Below, piece after piece: positions 1 through 10,124 of a DNA stretch of 62,126 nucleotides. Origin of the DNA: Candidatus Aminicenantes bacterium (GTDB lineage Bacteria > Acidobacteriota > Aminicenantia > Aminicenantales > Aminicenantaceae); NCBI GenBank assembly GCA_021162615.1, contig JAGGYH010000098.1, positions 1 through 62,126 of the forward strand, read 5' to 3'. The notes beneath the pieces are model-generated. The model did not search any database, was not told the DNA's origin, and worked only from the letters and a program-made list of their open reading frames with translations. Positions within the stretch are counted from its first letter, which is position 1. Every line of letters starts with the position of its first letter. Both the position numbers and the translations under genes were made by a program.

Positions 1-16
1 CGGCTTTTCTATATTA

Positions 17-269
17 CCTGACCTATTCATAAAAAAATGGCGATGAGCAATTTTTTGTTTTGATTTCAAGGATATGCATACTTTTTACAAAAATGACAAC
101 TGAAATATTTTTATTTGTTTTTACTTTCATTTTAATCGCCATTTTTTTACCATATAGGCAAGCCGATCTCACTGCATCTGCTTCGTTACAGGGTACTCGC
201 AGTGAAGGACCACAGCTTTGCACCCTGTGCCTCGCATCTGCAGCAACCTCGACTTGTGAATAATCCAGA
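17..269 (+). mobile_element. MITE-like element A, full-length copy (253 bp)
   Basis: Imperfect terminal inverted repeats CCTGACCTATTCAT...GTGAATAATCCAGA. Internal 14-bp inverted repeat 31-44/135-148. Near-identical inverted copy at 21123-21375. Confidence 0.8.
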
Positions 270-287
270 CTAACCATAAAAAAAGAA

Positions 288-932
288 TCATTGACTCTTG
301 AATAACTCTCCGGCCAGTCTGTGAGCGTATCTTATTGGTTCTGGAATCCTGTATTTCGAACACCTCAATACTATATCCAGCGAAACAGTAAAATTTACCC
401 GGTGTCCCGGGGAAACAAAAATAGGCTTGACTCCCGTACGCGTTCTCACACAGTATCCAACGTGTTTATCCTTCCTGTTCTTATAATGAGTATAAGCCCC
501 TCTCTCGTTATCAGGATAAGTGAACGGGTAAAACGGGCTTTTAGCACAGCCTATCGTAGCGATGCCCAATACAACCCCCAAATAAGAGGCGATCCCCATA
601 CTCCGCGGATGAGCGATGCCGTTCCCGTCAATAAGGCTTATATCAGGTTCTGTGTTTAAACCCTTAAAAGCTTTTATCAAGGCCGGAGCTTCACGAAAAT
701 TCAAGAATCCAGGGACATAGGGAATGGCAAAATCAGCCACACCTTCAGAGGTCTCAATGATCTTCAAATCAGATAATTCGATAACAACGACTTTAGCGCC
801 GACTTTTTTGTTTTTGTAATCATAACTGCAGTCTGCCCCCGCTATTTTTTTTACTTCCTTCCTGTCCCAAAAAAGGTCCAATTTCCTGGACAGCATCAAC
901 TGGGCCTTCACGGCCTTTTTGAAATCAAACAT
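288..932 (-). CDS. nfi: Endonuclease V
   Basis: GADCSY, PYVPGFLNFRE, DGNGIAHPR, IGCAKS, PIFVSPGH and RIPEPIR motifs. Confidence 0.93.
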   Translation of the reverse strand: MFDFKKAVKAQLMLSRKLDLFWDRKEVKKIAGADCSYDYKNKKVGAKVVVIELSDLKIIETSEGVADFAIPYVPGFLNFREAPALIKAFKGLNTEPDISLIDGNGIAHPRSMGIASYLGVVLGIATIGCAKSPFYPFTYPDNERGAYTHYKNRKDKHVGYCVRTRTGVKPIFVSPGHRVNFTVSLDIVLRCSKYRIPEPIRYAHRLAGELFKSQ

Positions 933-1065
933 TTATGTATTAATGTACTCGCCTTACCCCTTTATTTCAAGGTCCCTCTTCCCTAGCCCATTCATCATAT
1001 TATCTCTGTCCGCTCGGACTTTTGCGCATCAGAAACTTCCAGGTACTGGCATTCTTCCCTCTATG

Positions 1066-1095
1066 TTGACATAACAAGGGAAGATATCATAAAAT
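1066..1095 (+). promoter_or_regulatory. sigma70-type promoter upstream of rodZ-like gene
   Basis: TTGACA-18nt-TAAAAT, 8 nt before ATG 1104. Confidence 0.55.
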
Positions 1096-1103
1096 TCAAA
1101 GAG

Positions 1104-1874
1104 ATGAATTCTTTTGGCCAAGAGCTGAAAAAAGAAAGAGAATTAAGGGGAATATCTCTAAAAGAAATTGCAGACACTACAAAAATCAATATCAGATACT
1201 TAAGGGCTCTGGAAGAAGATAACTTTGACATGCTCCCTGGCAACTTCTTTATCAAAAGCATTATAAAAGCATATGCCGGATACGTCGGACTGGATGAAGA
1301 AGTAATTTTAGACCACTTTCATCATACCATCCAAACAAAAAAGGAAGAAATCAAAGAACAACCCAGGGAAGAAATGCCACCAATTGAAGTTCCAAGAAAA
1401 TTCAAGCTCTTTCTCCGGACAGCTGGTTATTTCATAATTTTCATCACAGCTCTTGTCATAATCTTTATCCTGGTCAAAAGTAAAAAATCAGTTTCCATCA
1501 ACGAATACACTGCTACAACAGCGCTTTTGTCTCCTGAAGACACTCACAGCCTTATCCTTGAATCAATAAATCCAAGTGACGGGATGCTTCTGGAAATGAC
1601 TTTTCACCAAGAAACCTGGATAGAAATTTTTACTGACGGAAATCTCTATTTCACAGGATTGAAGCAGCCGGGAGATCAGCTTTTTTCAACCGCAGAGAAC
1701 GAGTTTCTTATCCATATAGGCAATGCAGGCGGTTTTACTTACAGCATTAATGGAATTCCGGGAGAACCCCTGGGAAAGCCAGGCCAAGTTATTAAAAATC
1801 TACGCATAACATCCAAAAATCACAAACAATATTTTTCAAAGGAAAAAGAAACACGCTCAACTATTATTTTATAA
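1104..1874 (+). CDS. rodZ: RodZ-like protein (XRE HTH, TM helix, DUF4115-like C-terminus)
   Basis: N-terminal FGQELKKERELRGISLKEIA...LRALEE HTH, one TM segment, C-terminal IGNAGG motif. Confidence 0.75.
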   Translation: MNSFGQELKKERELRGISLKEIADTTKINIRYLRALEEDNFDMLPGNFFIKSIIKAYAGYVGLDEEVILDHFHHTIQTKKEEIKEQPREEMPPIEVPRKFKLFLRTAGYFIIFITALVIIFILVKSKKSVSINEYTATTALLSPEDTHSLILESINPSDGMLLEMTFHQETWIEIFTDGNLYFTGLKQPGDQLFSTAENEFLIHIGNAGGFTYSINGIPGEPLGKPGQVIKNLRITSKNHKQYFSKEKETRSTIIL

Positions 1875-1914
1875 AATCTGTTAAATTTAAAGAAAATATA
1901 CTATTATCAATCAA

Positions 1915-4080
1915 ATGGAAAATTCGAAAAAAAAGGGCTCCCGTATAATCGGTGCTGCGATTCTTCTCTTGATCATTCTTTTTATCGTCATCGAATCGAT
2001 CATACGGGGAACCCAACAGTTCTCTCCTATATCAGTAACGAATATTCTGCTTTCCCTCCTTCAAATCATTGTTATCCTTCTCTTTCTTATTCTTCTCTTT
2101 GTTCTTGGAAGAAATCTTGTCAAGCTTTATCTTGAGAGAAAAAGAAAAGTGCTCGGTTCAAAATTCAAAACAAAACTACTGGTATTTTTTATTTCTTTAT
2201 CACTCATTCCCACCCTGCTTCTCTTCTTTTTTGCAAGCGACCTTATTACAAGAAACATCGAACAATGGTTTAAAACCCCTATAGATAAAATACTGGATGA
2301 CACCAGCGACCTCACTGAAAGCTTCTATCAAACTACCAAAGACACCACACTCCATTATGCGAGACAATTGGGAAAAGCCATCCAAACACAGGAACTTGCT
2401 GACCCGAATGACAGGGTTCCTCTCATAGACTTTGTAAGAGAAAAATTAAAGGAATACCAGTTAGATGAAATAAGCGTCTTCTTGGATGAAGAAGAACTTT
2501 TTTCTATGATGAATCCCGATCTTCCTCTCCAGTACTACCGCAATATGAACAGCAATTATGTAAAAAGAGCCCACCTCGGAGAAGTCTTCAGCACCATTGA
2601 ATCCATGGGAAGCGGGGAGATGATACGAAGAGGAGTCTCCATCCCCATTCCTGAAAAAGGTAATATCCTGGTCGTAGCCGGCAAATTCCTTCCCCAAAAC
2701 TATGCCCAAAAAATAAACAGCGTCTCCGCTTATGTTAAGAGATACAGACAAGTCAAGACCCAAAAAAATCCTGTAAAAACATTCTATCTTTTAATGCTTG
2801 TGTTTATCACACTTTTATTGGTGTTTGCCGCAAGCTGGATAGGATTTCATCTGGCAAAAAGCATCACAGTCCCTGTTGAAAAGCTGGCCAATGCTACCAG
2901 GGAAGTATCCAAAGGAAATCTGGATATACAGGTTCAGGACCCTGCTTCCGATGAATTAGGCATGTTCATTGATTCCTTTAATAAAATGATATCCGACCTC
3001 AGAGAAAGCAGGGAACATATACAACAGAAAACAGCTGAACTCCAATCAGGAAAACAGTATATAGAAACCATATTAAATGACATCACCACAGGGGTCATAA
3101 CCATTAATTCCGATGACAGGATAACGACCATCAATCCCTCCGCACTCAAAATGCTGGCACTGGAAAGAAAAAACCTTATAGGGAAAGATTACAAGGAAGT
3201 CCTGAAAGGCTTAAAATACACAGAAATCGTACGGGACATAGAGAAAGCCGCCGTAAATAAACATCAAATTTCTGACAAAGAAATCACCATAAATTTCAAC
3301 AGCCAGAACACAACTCTCTCCCTGACTATTTCTCACATAGAACAGGACGAAGATGGGACATCCGGATTGATTATAGTTCTTGATGATCTGACCCAATTGA
3401 TAAAGGCTCAAAAAATAGCTGCGTGGAAAGAAGTCGCACAAAGAGTCGCCCATGAGATTAAAAATCCACTGACCCCGATCCAGCTGTCCGCAGAAAGGAT
3501 AGAAAAGAAGATCAGAAAAAGAAAAACCCCCACTGACCAGACTTTAATCGAAAGCACAAAAACAATCATTCAGGAAGCAAGGACGATTAAAGACCTTATA
3601 GATGAGTTTTCAAATTTCGCCCGCATGCCAAAAATCACTTTAAAAGAAACAAATCTTCATGAAATAATCACTCAGACCATAGCTCCCTTTCAAGGCATAT
3701 TCTCGGAAATAAAGTTTCAAACACAGTTCGATAACAGCATCCCCAATAAAATAAAACTGGATAAAGAACAAATGAAACGCGCGCTGACGAATATTATTGA
3801 CAATGCTATTGATGCCATGAACAAGAAAGGAAAAATTGAAATAAAGACGTCCCTCGACAAACAGTACAATAAAATCGAAATAGAGATATCAGACACAGGG
3901 CCGGGAATCCCTGAAAAAGACAAAGAAAAGCTTTTTCTCCCTCACTTCTCTACCAAGAAAAAAGGGACAGGCCTTGGTCTGGCTATTGTCAATCAGGTCA
4001 TCAATGAACATAATGGAATCATTCGAGTCGAAGACAATGAGCCTATAGGCACAAAATTTATAATACAGGTCCCGATATGA
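1915..4080 (+). CDS. ntrY: NtrY-like sensor histidine kinase (HAMP, PAS, HisKA, HATPase)
   Basis: AWKEVAQRVAHEIKNPLTPIQLSAER H-box, DTGPGI, GTGLGLAI. Confidence 0.85.
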   Translation: MENSKKKGSRIIGAAILLLIILFIVIESIIRGTQQFSPISVTNILLSLLQIIVILLFLILLFVLGRNLVKLYLERKRKVLGSKFKTKLLVFFISLSLIPTLLLFFFASDLITRNIEQWFKTPIDKILDDTSDLTESFYQTTKDTTLHYARQLGKAIQTQELADPNDRVPLIDFVREKLKEYQLDEISVFLDEEELFSMMNPDLPLQYYRNMNSNYVKRAHLGEVFSTIESMGSGEMIRRGVSIPIPEKGNILVVAGKFLPQNYAQKINSVSAYVKRYRQVKTQKNPVKTFYLLMLVFITLLLVFAASWIGFHLAKSITVPVEKLANATREVSKGNLDIQVQDPASDELGMFIDSFNKMISDLRESREHIQQKTAELQSGKQYIETILNDITTGVITINSDDRITTINPSALKMLALERKNLIGKDYKEVLKGLKYTEIVRDIEKAAVNKHQISDKEITINFNSQNTTLSLTISHIEQDEDGTSGLIIVLDDLTQLIKAQKIAAWKEVAQRVAHEIKNPLTPIQLSAERIEKKIRKRKTPTDQTLIESTKTIIQEARTIKDLIDEFSNFARMPKITLKETNLHEIITQTIAPFQGIFSEIKFQTQFDNSIPNKIKLDKEQMKRALTNIIDNAIDAMNKKGKIEIKTSLDKQYNKIEIEISDTGPGIPEKDKEKLFLPHFSTKKKGTGLGLAIVNQVINEHNGIIRVEDNEPIGTKFIIQVPI

Positions 4081-5432
4081 AAGGAAAAAACATACTAATC
4101 ATCGATGATGAATCAGGAATCCGCTCATCCCTGAAAGGGATTTTTGAAGATGAAGGCTATAACGTAAAAACAACCAGCACAGGAGAAAAAGGCTTAGATT
4201 ATGTAAAAAACGAATCTTATGACCTCATTCTCCTCGATATTTGGCTTCCTGAAATGAATGGCATAGAAGTCCTTAAAAAAATAAAGAATATTGACGAAAA
4301 TATCCAGGTTGTCATGATAACAGGCCACGGTTCTGTAGAGGCTGCTGTTAAATCAACAAAGCTTGGCGCTTATGACTTTTTAGAAAAACCTCTTTCTCTG
4401 GAAAAGGTCGTACTCACAGCAAAAAACGCCCTCAAACAAAAATCACTGGAAGAAGAGAACATACAGCTGCGGCAGGAAATGAGATCAAAATTCAAATTAA
4501 TAGGAAAAACAAAAGCCATACAAAAAATAAGAGAAAGAATCCAAACAACAGCCCCGACCGATGGCAGAATACTCATTTACGGTGAACATGGAACAGGGAA
4601 AAAGCTTATTGCCAGGTATATCCATCAGCACAGTAAAAGAAACCATCACCCATTTGTCCAAATAAATGTCGCTGCCATTCCGGATGACCTGATTGAAAAT
4701 GAGCTTTTCGGACATACAGATAAGAGCGGTTTAGGAAAAGAGAAAAAAGGCAAGCTTCTCCTTGCAGACAAAGGCACTCTATTCTTCGATGAAATAGGAG
4801 AACTAAGCCTGAATACCCAGGATAAACTCATCAAATTCATTGAGGAAAACAAATACGAAACCCTGGGAATCTCTAAAACAGTTGAAGCAGATATAAGGAT
4901 TATCTCATCAACCCACCACAATTTAAGGGAATTGATAACAGAGAATAAGTTCAGAGAAGAGCTCTTCTTTAAATTAAACGTCATTCCGTTAAAAATGCCT
5001 CCTTTAAGAGAAAGAAAGGAAGATATTCCCCTTCTCATCAACTATTTCTTAAAGTATTTTTCATTCGAATACGGGAAAAAACAAAAGACAATGGATGAAA
5101 AAGCCATGGAGGCTTTTATCAATTATTCATGGCCTGGTAATATCAGTGAACTCATTAACGTTATAGAAAGATTTGTTATCATGGTCAAAGAGGATGAAAT
5201 AAATTCTTCCCATCTTTTCCTTCTTGTCGAACCCATTGAATCTGAATTCCTTCATGGGGCAAAGAAAACGATCTCCTTAAAGAAGGCCAGGGAAATTTTT
5301 GACAAAGAATTTATTCATAGTGCTCTTGTCAGGAATAATTGGAATCTTGATAAAGCGGCCTCTGATTTGGAAATAGAGAAAAAAACATTACAGTCAAATA
5401 TAGAAAGACTGGGGATTCACTTTTCAAAATAA
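4077..5432 (+). CDS. ntrX: NtrX-like response regulator (REC, degenerate sigma54-type AAA+, HTH)
   Basis: REC (IIDDE, LLDIWLP, FLEKP), GEHGTGK, FFDEIG. Overlaps the kinase by 4 bp. Confidence 0.8.
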   Translation: MKGKNILIIDDESGIRSSLKGIFEDEGYNVKTTSTGEKGLDYVKNESYDLILLDIWLPEMNGIEVLKKIKNIDENIQVVMITGHGSVEAAVKSTKLGAYDFLEKPLSLEKVVLTAKNALKQKSLEEENIQLRQEMRSKFKLIGKTKAIQKIRERIQTTAPTDGRILIYGEHGTGKKLIARYIHQHSKRNHHPFVQINVAAIPDDLIENELFGHTDKSGLGKEKKGKLLLADKGTLFFDEIGELSLNTQDKLIKFIEENKYETLGISKTVEADIRIISSTHHNLRELITENKFREELFFKLNVIPLKMPPLRERKEDIPLLINYFLKYFSFEYGKKQKTMDEKAMEAFINYSWPGNISELINVIERFVIMVKEDEINSSHLFLLVEPIESEFLHGAKKTISLKKAREIFDKEFIHSALVRNNWNLDKAASDLEIEKKTLQSNIERLGIHFSK

Positions 5433-5458
5433 CCTGGATGATAAACGAGTCGAGGTTA
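5433..5458 (-). repeat. Element A right-end fragment abutting the ntrX stop codon
   Basis: TAA|CCTGGATGATAAACGAGTCGAGGTT matches CCAGGATGATGAACAAGTCGAGGTT at 21123. Confidence 0.65.
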
Positions 5459-5561
5459 AAGATAACATATTTTCATAAAATTTTTTATCTACAAGCCAAA
5501 GTGAAATTGATTTACAGTCAAGTTCTTTTATGATATCTTGGGCAATCAAAGGAAGAAGACA

Positions 5562-6923
5562 ATGAAGCTCGATACCATCCGGCTGATCATTAATTCATCA
5601 CGAAAATTTATGAACATCGGCGCCCGGCAGAAACTCTGGAATCTTCTCAAGAACTTTCATCCTCCTGATATTGCCGGTCTTATAAATCATTTCACCGAAC
5701 GGGAAAAAATAATTCTTTTGATCACACTCCATGAAAATGACAATAAAAAAGCCGCTGGATTATTAAGCGAAATGGCTGCGGAAGATGCGGCAGAGATCGT
5801 ACAGCAAATTCCCATAGAAACAGCAACCAAAATATTTCATGACCTTCCCTCAGACGATATCGCTCCTATACTTGAACTAGTGTCCGAAGAGCTTAAAAAC
5901 AGCATCCTCCATTCGCTCGAAAAAAAGCCCACCGAAGAGGTCAAAGAACTTCTGGAACATGAGGAAGAAACAGCGGGAAGGATCATGTCCCCAAATCTCT
6001 ATGCCCTGAATGAAAACACGAATGTATCCGATGCCATCACAGCCATGCAGCTTGAGGGGGATGTAGAGTCAGCTTTTTACCTGTATGTGGTAGATGATGA
6101 GAATCGTCTCAAAGGTGTCGTCTCTTTGCGTCAGGTCCTTTTTTCTAAACCGAACACGCCTCTCAAAAATATAATGACTACAGATGTAATAAATGTTCAA
6201 ACCGATACCGACCAGGAAGAAGTAGCAAGGATCGTGGCCGATTATAATCTGGTAGCCATTCCCGTGACTGATTCTCAAATGAAACTCGTGGGTGTTGTGA
6301 CTGTAGATGACATCATCGATGTCATCGACCAAGAGGCCACCGAAGATATTTATAAAATGGTCTCCCTGGATACTTCGGATAGAATACAAGACAGCCCTTT
6401 TTCTTCCATAAAAAAACGGCTTCCTTTCCTTCTTCTGAGTCTACTGACGGCATCCGTAGCTCCTTTTGTCGTGAATTACTTTAAAGGAACAATCCAGGAA
6501 GTCGTAACCCTTGCTGTTTTCATGCCGCTGGTGGCTGCACTGGGGGGAATTGCAGGAAACCAGACCGTTGCCATTATGGTCCGGGAAATAGCTGTGGGCC
6601 AGACCGAATGGATCTCCGCAAGAAAAGCCCTGTTTAAAGAAATCGTAGTGGGAATATGCAACGGAATAGTGATTGGTTTGCTTTTAGGTTTGGTCTCCTA
6701 TGTTCTCACCAGAAATCCTTACCTTGGCTTAGTATTGGGCCTTGCCGTTATCACCAACCTTTTTATTGCCGCTTTAGTGGGAACACTCATCCCATTATTC
6801 CTTAAAATGGTAAAACTCGATCCAGCCCTTGGCTCTGTAAACCTTCTCACTATGTTCACGGATTCGCTTGGGCTTCTGACTTTTTTAGGATTAGGAACCC
6901 TTTTTCTTAAATATCTTTCCTAG
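5562..6923 (+). CDS. mgtE: Magnesium transporter MgtE
   Basis: MgtE N-domain, CBS pair (ETAGRIM, GVVTVDDIIDV), GGIAGNQ and DPALGS TM motifs. ATG 5562 preferred over TTG 5538. Confidence 0.92.
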   Translation: MKLDTIRLIINSSRKFMNIGARQKLWNLLKNFHPPDIAGLINHFTEREKIILLITLHENDNKKAAGLLSEMAAEDAAEIVQQIPIETATKIFHDLPSDDIAPILELVSEELKNSILHSLEKKPTEEVKELLEHEEETAGRIMSPNLYALNENTNVSDAITAMQLEGDVESAFYLYVVDDENRLKGVVSLRQVLFSKPNTPLKNIMTTDVINVQTDTDQEEVARIVADYNLVAIPVTDSQMKLVGVVTVDDIIDVIDQEATEDIYKMVSLDTSDRIQDSPFSSIKKRLPFLLLSLLTASVAPFVVNYFKGTIQEVVTLAVFMPLVAALGGIAGNQTVAIMVREIAVGQTEWISARKALFKEIVVGICNGIVIGLLLGLVSYVLTRNPYLGLVLGLAVITNLFIAALVGTLIPLFLKMVKLDPALGSVNLLTMFTDSLGLLTFLGLGTLFLKYLS

Positions 6924-6932
6924 ATAAATTTA

Positions 6933-7679
6933 ATGCCTAAAGACCAGACTGAAGCTATTGTTCTTAGGACTTTCAATGTGGGAGATCAAGATAAAATTGC
7001 GGTTTTTTTCTCAAGGGATAGAGGAATATTGAAAGGCATAGCAAAGGGTGCCAGAAAATTCGGCAATAGATTTGGAAGCTGTCTGGAACCTTCCTCACAC
7101 ATAAATGTATATTTTTATGAAAAAGAGAACAAAGATCTTGTCACGGTCAGTAACTGTGACCTTTTGGAATCGTTCTTTGATATCCAGAGCCATTTGGAAA
7201 CGGCTTTCACATTACGCTATTTCTCTGAGTTAATAGAAAATTCCCTTCCCGCAAGAAGCGAAGAAGATACTCTGTTCAGACTCCTGCTTAAAATTCTGAG
7301 GGCTCTGAAACAAAGAAAAGAACTCGTGTTCCTCACGGCATATTTTGAACTATGGTTCCTGAAAATCAACGGATTTTTCCCTGATCTGAAAAAATGCAAA
7401 AAATGCCGTAAAAACATAGGAAAGACCGGATGGCTTTCAGTGAAAAGAGATGGTGTCCTTTGCAGCCGCTGCGGCTCAACGGAGAGAGAAAAAATAACTT
7501 CCGAGGAAATTTCTGTCTATTCCTGGATTTTGAAAAATCCTCCTGCATCTGAAAAAAAATATCCTTTCTCAATAGAACAAATCCAGAATGCCAGGAAAGT
7601 CCTTAAAAATCTCATTGTCTTTCATATAGAGAGAAGGCCCAGGTTCCCGGATGACCTAAAAAAACACTTCAACACCTGA
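6933..7679 (+). CDS. recO: DNA repair protein RecO
   Basis: EAIVLRT...DKI...AKGARK OB fold; CxxC...CxxC zinc finger. Confidence 0.9.
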   Translation: MPKDQTEAIVLRTFNVGDQDKIAVFFSRDRGILKGIAKGARKFGNRFGSCLEPSSHINVYFYEKENKDLVTVSNCDLLESFFDIQSHLETAFTLRYFSELIENSLPARSEEDTLFRLLLKILRALKQRKELVFLTAYFELWFLKINGFFPDLKKCKKCRKNIGKTGWLSVKRDGVLCSRCGSTEREKITSEEISVYSWILKNPPASEKKYPFSIEQIQNARKVLKNLIVFHIERRPRFPDDLKKHFNT

Positions 7680-7698
7680 ATTCCTCCTTTGTGATTTT

Positions 7699-10005
7699 TT
7701 ATGAACGAGCCGAACGAATGGAAAAATGAAATATCAATCCGGCGGACATATAGAATACGGCGGCTAAAAACAACGCAGCAGCAAAATTCCAGTTTATAGC
7801 GATAATGACGGTCATTACAGAACCCAAAACAGTGGCGAACGCATTGGAACCCCAGGCCCATCCAATCATTGACTTCTGTCTTTTTCCTAGATATTCAATT
7901 CCTGTGGGAAAGAACACTCCCATTAAAAAGCCCGGAATAAACAGGAGAAAAAAAGTGATAAAAATCCGCCACATCAGGCTTAAATGAATAAAAGCTGTTA
8001 TAATTTTGAATAAAAACAGGGAATACAGAACCAGTACTAAAAAGAGAAGCACAGAAAAAATCAGGATGAAGCCTTTCCCCGCAGCCTGCTTCATCTTTTT
8101 CGATAAAAGCGACCCTATTCCGGACGAGACCAACAGGGAAGAAATAATCACAGATATGGAATAGGCTGGATTTCCCAGGTACAACTGAAAAATCTTGATC
8201 ATGATAATCTCTACAGTAATGAAAGAAAGCCCTATGAGAAAGAAATAAAGGATGAAATTTTTACTCACTTGCCCTCCGGAGGATGCCTTGAGAGGGATGA
8301 ATATAAGCATAATGGGAAGCGCTATGGAAAGAAAAAGTATGGATAGATAAACAGAGTTTGAATAAATCAAAGCCCATTTAACGACGCTTTGAGCCATTCC
8401 TCTGACTTGCATATTCTTGAATGTAAACTGACCGATTTTATTAGGCTGGTTGAAATAAGGAGAATTGTCCCTGACGGGCCTGATATTTACAGAAGAAAGG
8501 CTGATGGTTTTTTTGTATTTAGGAGAAGCTAATCTGTAATACATATTATCCTTTTTTTCAAAAGGAGAATAGACGATCTCCTTTTTTTCAGCAAATTTTC
8601 TAAGGATTTCTGCTTCATCCCGGTTAAAATTTCCTTTCTTCATGAAAAAGAAATTAAACCCGTTTTCCCTTTGTACGATAAAAAATTTCTTCTCAGGCTC
8701 CTTGACCCCCATCTCTCTCAATGCTTCAAATGCTGTTGAAAAAAGCCTTTCCCCAAACCAATGCACGATATACACAACTCCGCCATCTTTGAGGTGATTC
8801 CAGTAATCCTTAAAGCTTTCTACCGTATAGATGTACGTTTCAGCAATGCTCAACCCTCCGGATAATAAAGCATCCGCGTTATGGGAATTGACCATCTGGA
8901 TAACATCAAACTGACCGTCAATCCTTTTCAAGACACTTCTTCCCTCGTCATTAAGAAGTCTCACTCCTTTTTGACGGAATATATTCCCGATATAATCCGA
9001 ATATTCGTTTGTGACCAAATGACATATTTCAGGATCCATCTCAACAGCAACTATATTCCTGAATCTATTGGAAAGAGCGCACAGAACCTCATAACCTCCG
9101 GCAGACCCGATAATAAGGGCACTTCCTCTTTTTGTCAGCTGAAAAGGAATGGCCTCATTAGCCCATTTTATCTGTCCCATCTCATGCAGCTTTCCGTTGA
9201 ATTTGGCAAGCCAGGACTGCATGGTCCCCGCATCTATCCAAATGACTTTTTTCCTTTTCAAAAAAGGAGCCACATCTATCTTATTGATAGGACTCCACTT
9301 CGAATACTCAATCATATTGTTATTATAGTGTCTGAGATAGCCCCTTTTTATCATCTTAGGTATGATCGGAAACAGAGCTTCCGAATGAACAAATAAAACA
9401 GCAAAGGCGGCCGCTATCAAGGAAAAAATGATTGTTTTTTTTACGGCCTTTATTCTGGCTATCAAAAACCATGCGAATCCCAAAAACAAAAATATGACTA
9501 ATATGACTTTTGAAGGCCCCCATTTTGTAATGAGCGGGATAATCGCTATTCCCCCCAGCGCTGCTCCCAAAAGGTCAATAAAATAAAGCTTCCCGATCTC
9601 AGAAGAGTACAGGCTGAATATCAAAACCAGAGAAGCGCCTGCAAAGAAGAAAGGAAGCAGTAAAAGGAAAAAATTGAGGATCAAAAGCAGAAAATTCGAG
9701 ATCGGATTGAAGAGATTTAAGAAATCTATACTGGTCGATATGGTTATTTTATAAATAACTGGAAGACTTAATGAAAAACACAGCAGAAACAGCTCCAGAT
9801 ATTTCATCGCATCCTTTTTATATGTGATACGTCCTACGGACATATAAGCCCCGCTCAATCCATACCCGAAGAGAGCGAGGGAGATCATCAGGAAAGCAAA
9901 AGAGCTGACATATATCACTGAGAAGACCCGTGTGTAGAGGATCTCAATCAAAACAGTAGAAAAGGTGATGGCAAATATGGGAATGATGAGTTTGAGCCGT
10001 TTCAT
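7699..10005 (-). CDS. Polytopic membrane protein with spermidine-synthase-like SAM-binding domain
   Basis: N- and C-terminal TM bundles flank WSPINKIDV, IIGSAGGYE, VEMDP and DEGRS; LYFIDLLGA and WAWGSN motifs. Confidence 0.75.
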   Translation of the reverse strand: MKRLKLIIPIFAITFSTVLIEILYTRVFSVIYVSSFAFLMISLALFGYGLSGAYMSVGRITYKKDAMKYLELFLLCFSLSLPVIYKITISTSIDFLNLFNPISNFLLLILNFFLLLLPFFFAGASLVLIFSLYSSEIGKLYFIDLLGAALGGIAIIPLITKWGPSKVILVIFLFLGFAWFLIARIKAVKKTIIFSLIAAAFAVLFVHSEALFPIIPKMIKRGYLRHYNNNMIEYSKWSPINKIDVAPFLKRKKVIWIDAGTMQSWLAKFNGKLHEMGQIKWANEAIPFQLTKRGSALIIGSAGGYEVLCALSNRFRNIVAVEMDPEICHLVTNEYSDYIGNIFRQKGVRLLNDEGRSVLKRIDGQFDVIQMVNSHNADALLSGGLSIAETYIYTVESFKDYWNHLKDGGVVYIVHWFGERLFSTAFEALREMGVKEPEKKFFIVQRENGFNFFFMKKGNFNRDEAEILRKFAEKKEIVYSPFEKKDNMYYRLASPKYKKTISLSSVNIRPVRDNSPYFNQPNKIGQFTFKNMQVRGMAQSVVKWALIYSNSVYLSILFLSIALPIMLIFIPLKASSGGQVSKNFILYFFLIGLSFITVEIIMIKIFQLYLGNPAYSISVIISSLLVSSGIGSLLSKKMKQAAGKGFILIFSVLLFLVLVLYSLFLFKIITAFIHLSLMWRIFITFFLLFIPGFLMGVFFPTGIEYLGKRQKSMIGWAWGSNAFATVLGSVMTVIIAINWNFAAALFLAAVFYMSAGLIFHFSIRSARS

Positions 10006-10124
10006 ATCTTCTCTTTAAAATGAAGACATTATAGTATAGGGGCTTATCCTAATCAATAAAAAGGTTTCTGTCTCTGTCCAAAATTTTCTTTACAAGGGAA
10101 CACAGGAGACTAAAATATAAAGAA

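Noticed and set aside
60-263. Recurrent hydrophobic ORF in element A (also 21105-21332, 14668-14853) as a toxin or small membrane peptide
   Set aside because: The hydrophobicity follows from the T-rich sequence. Differences between copies often change amino acids, and the 55193 copy has an upstream in-frame stop. There is no clear RBS.
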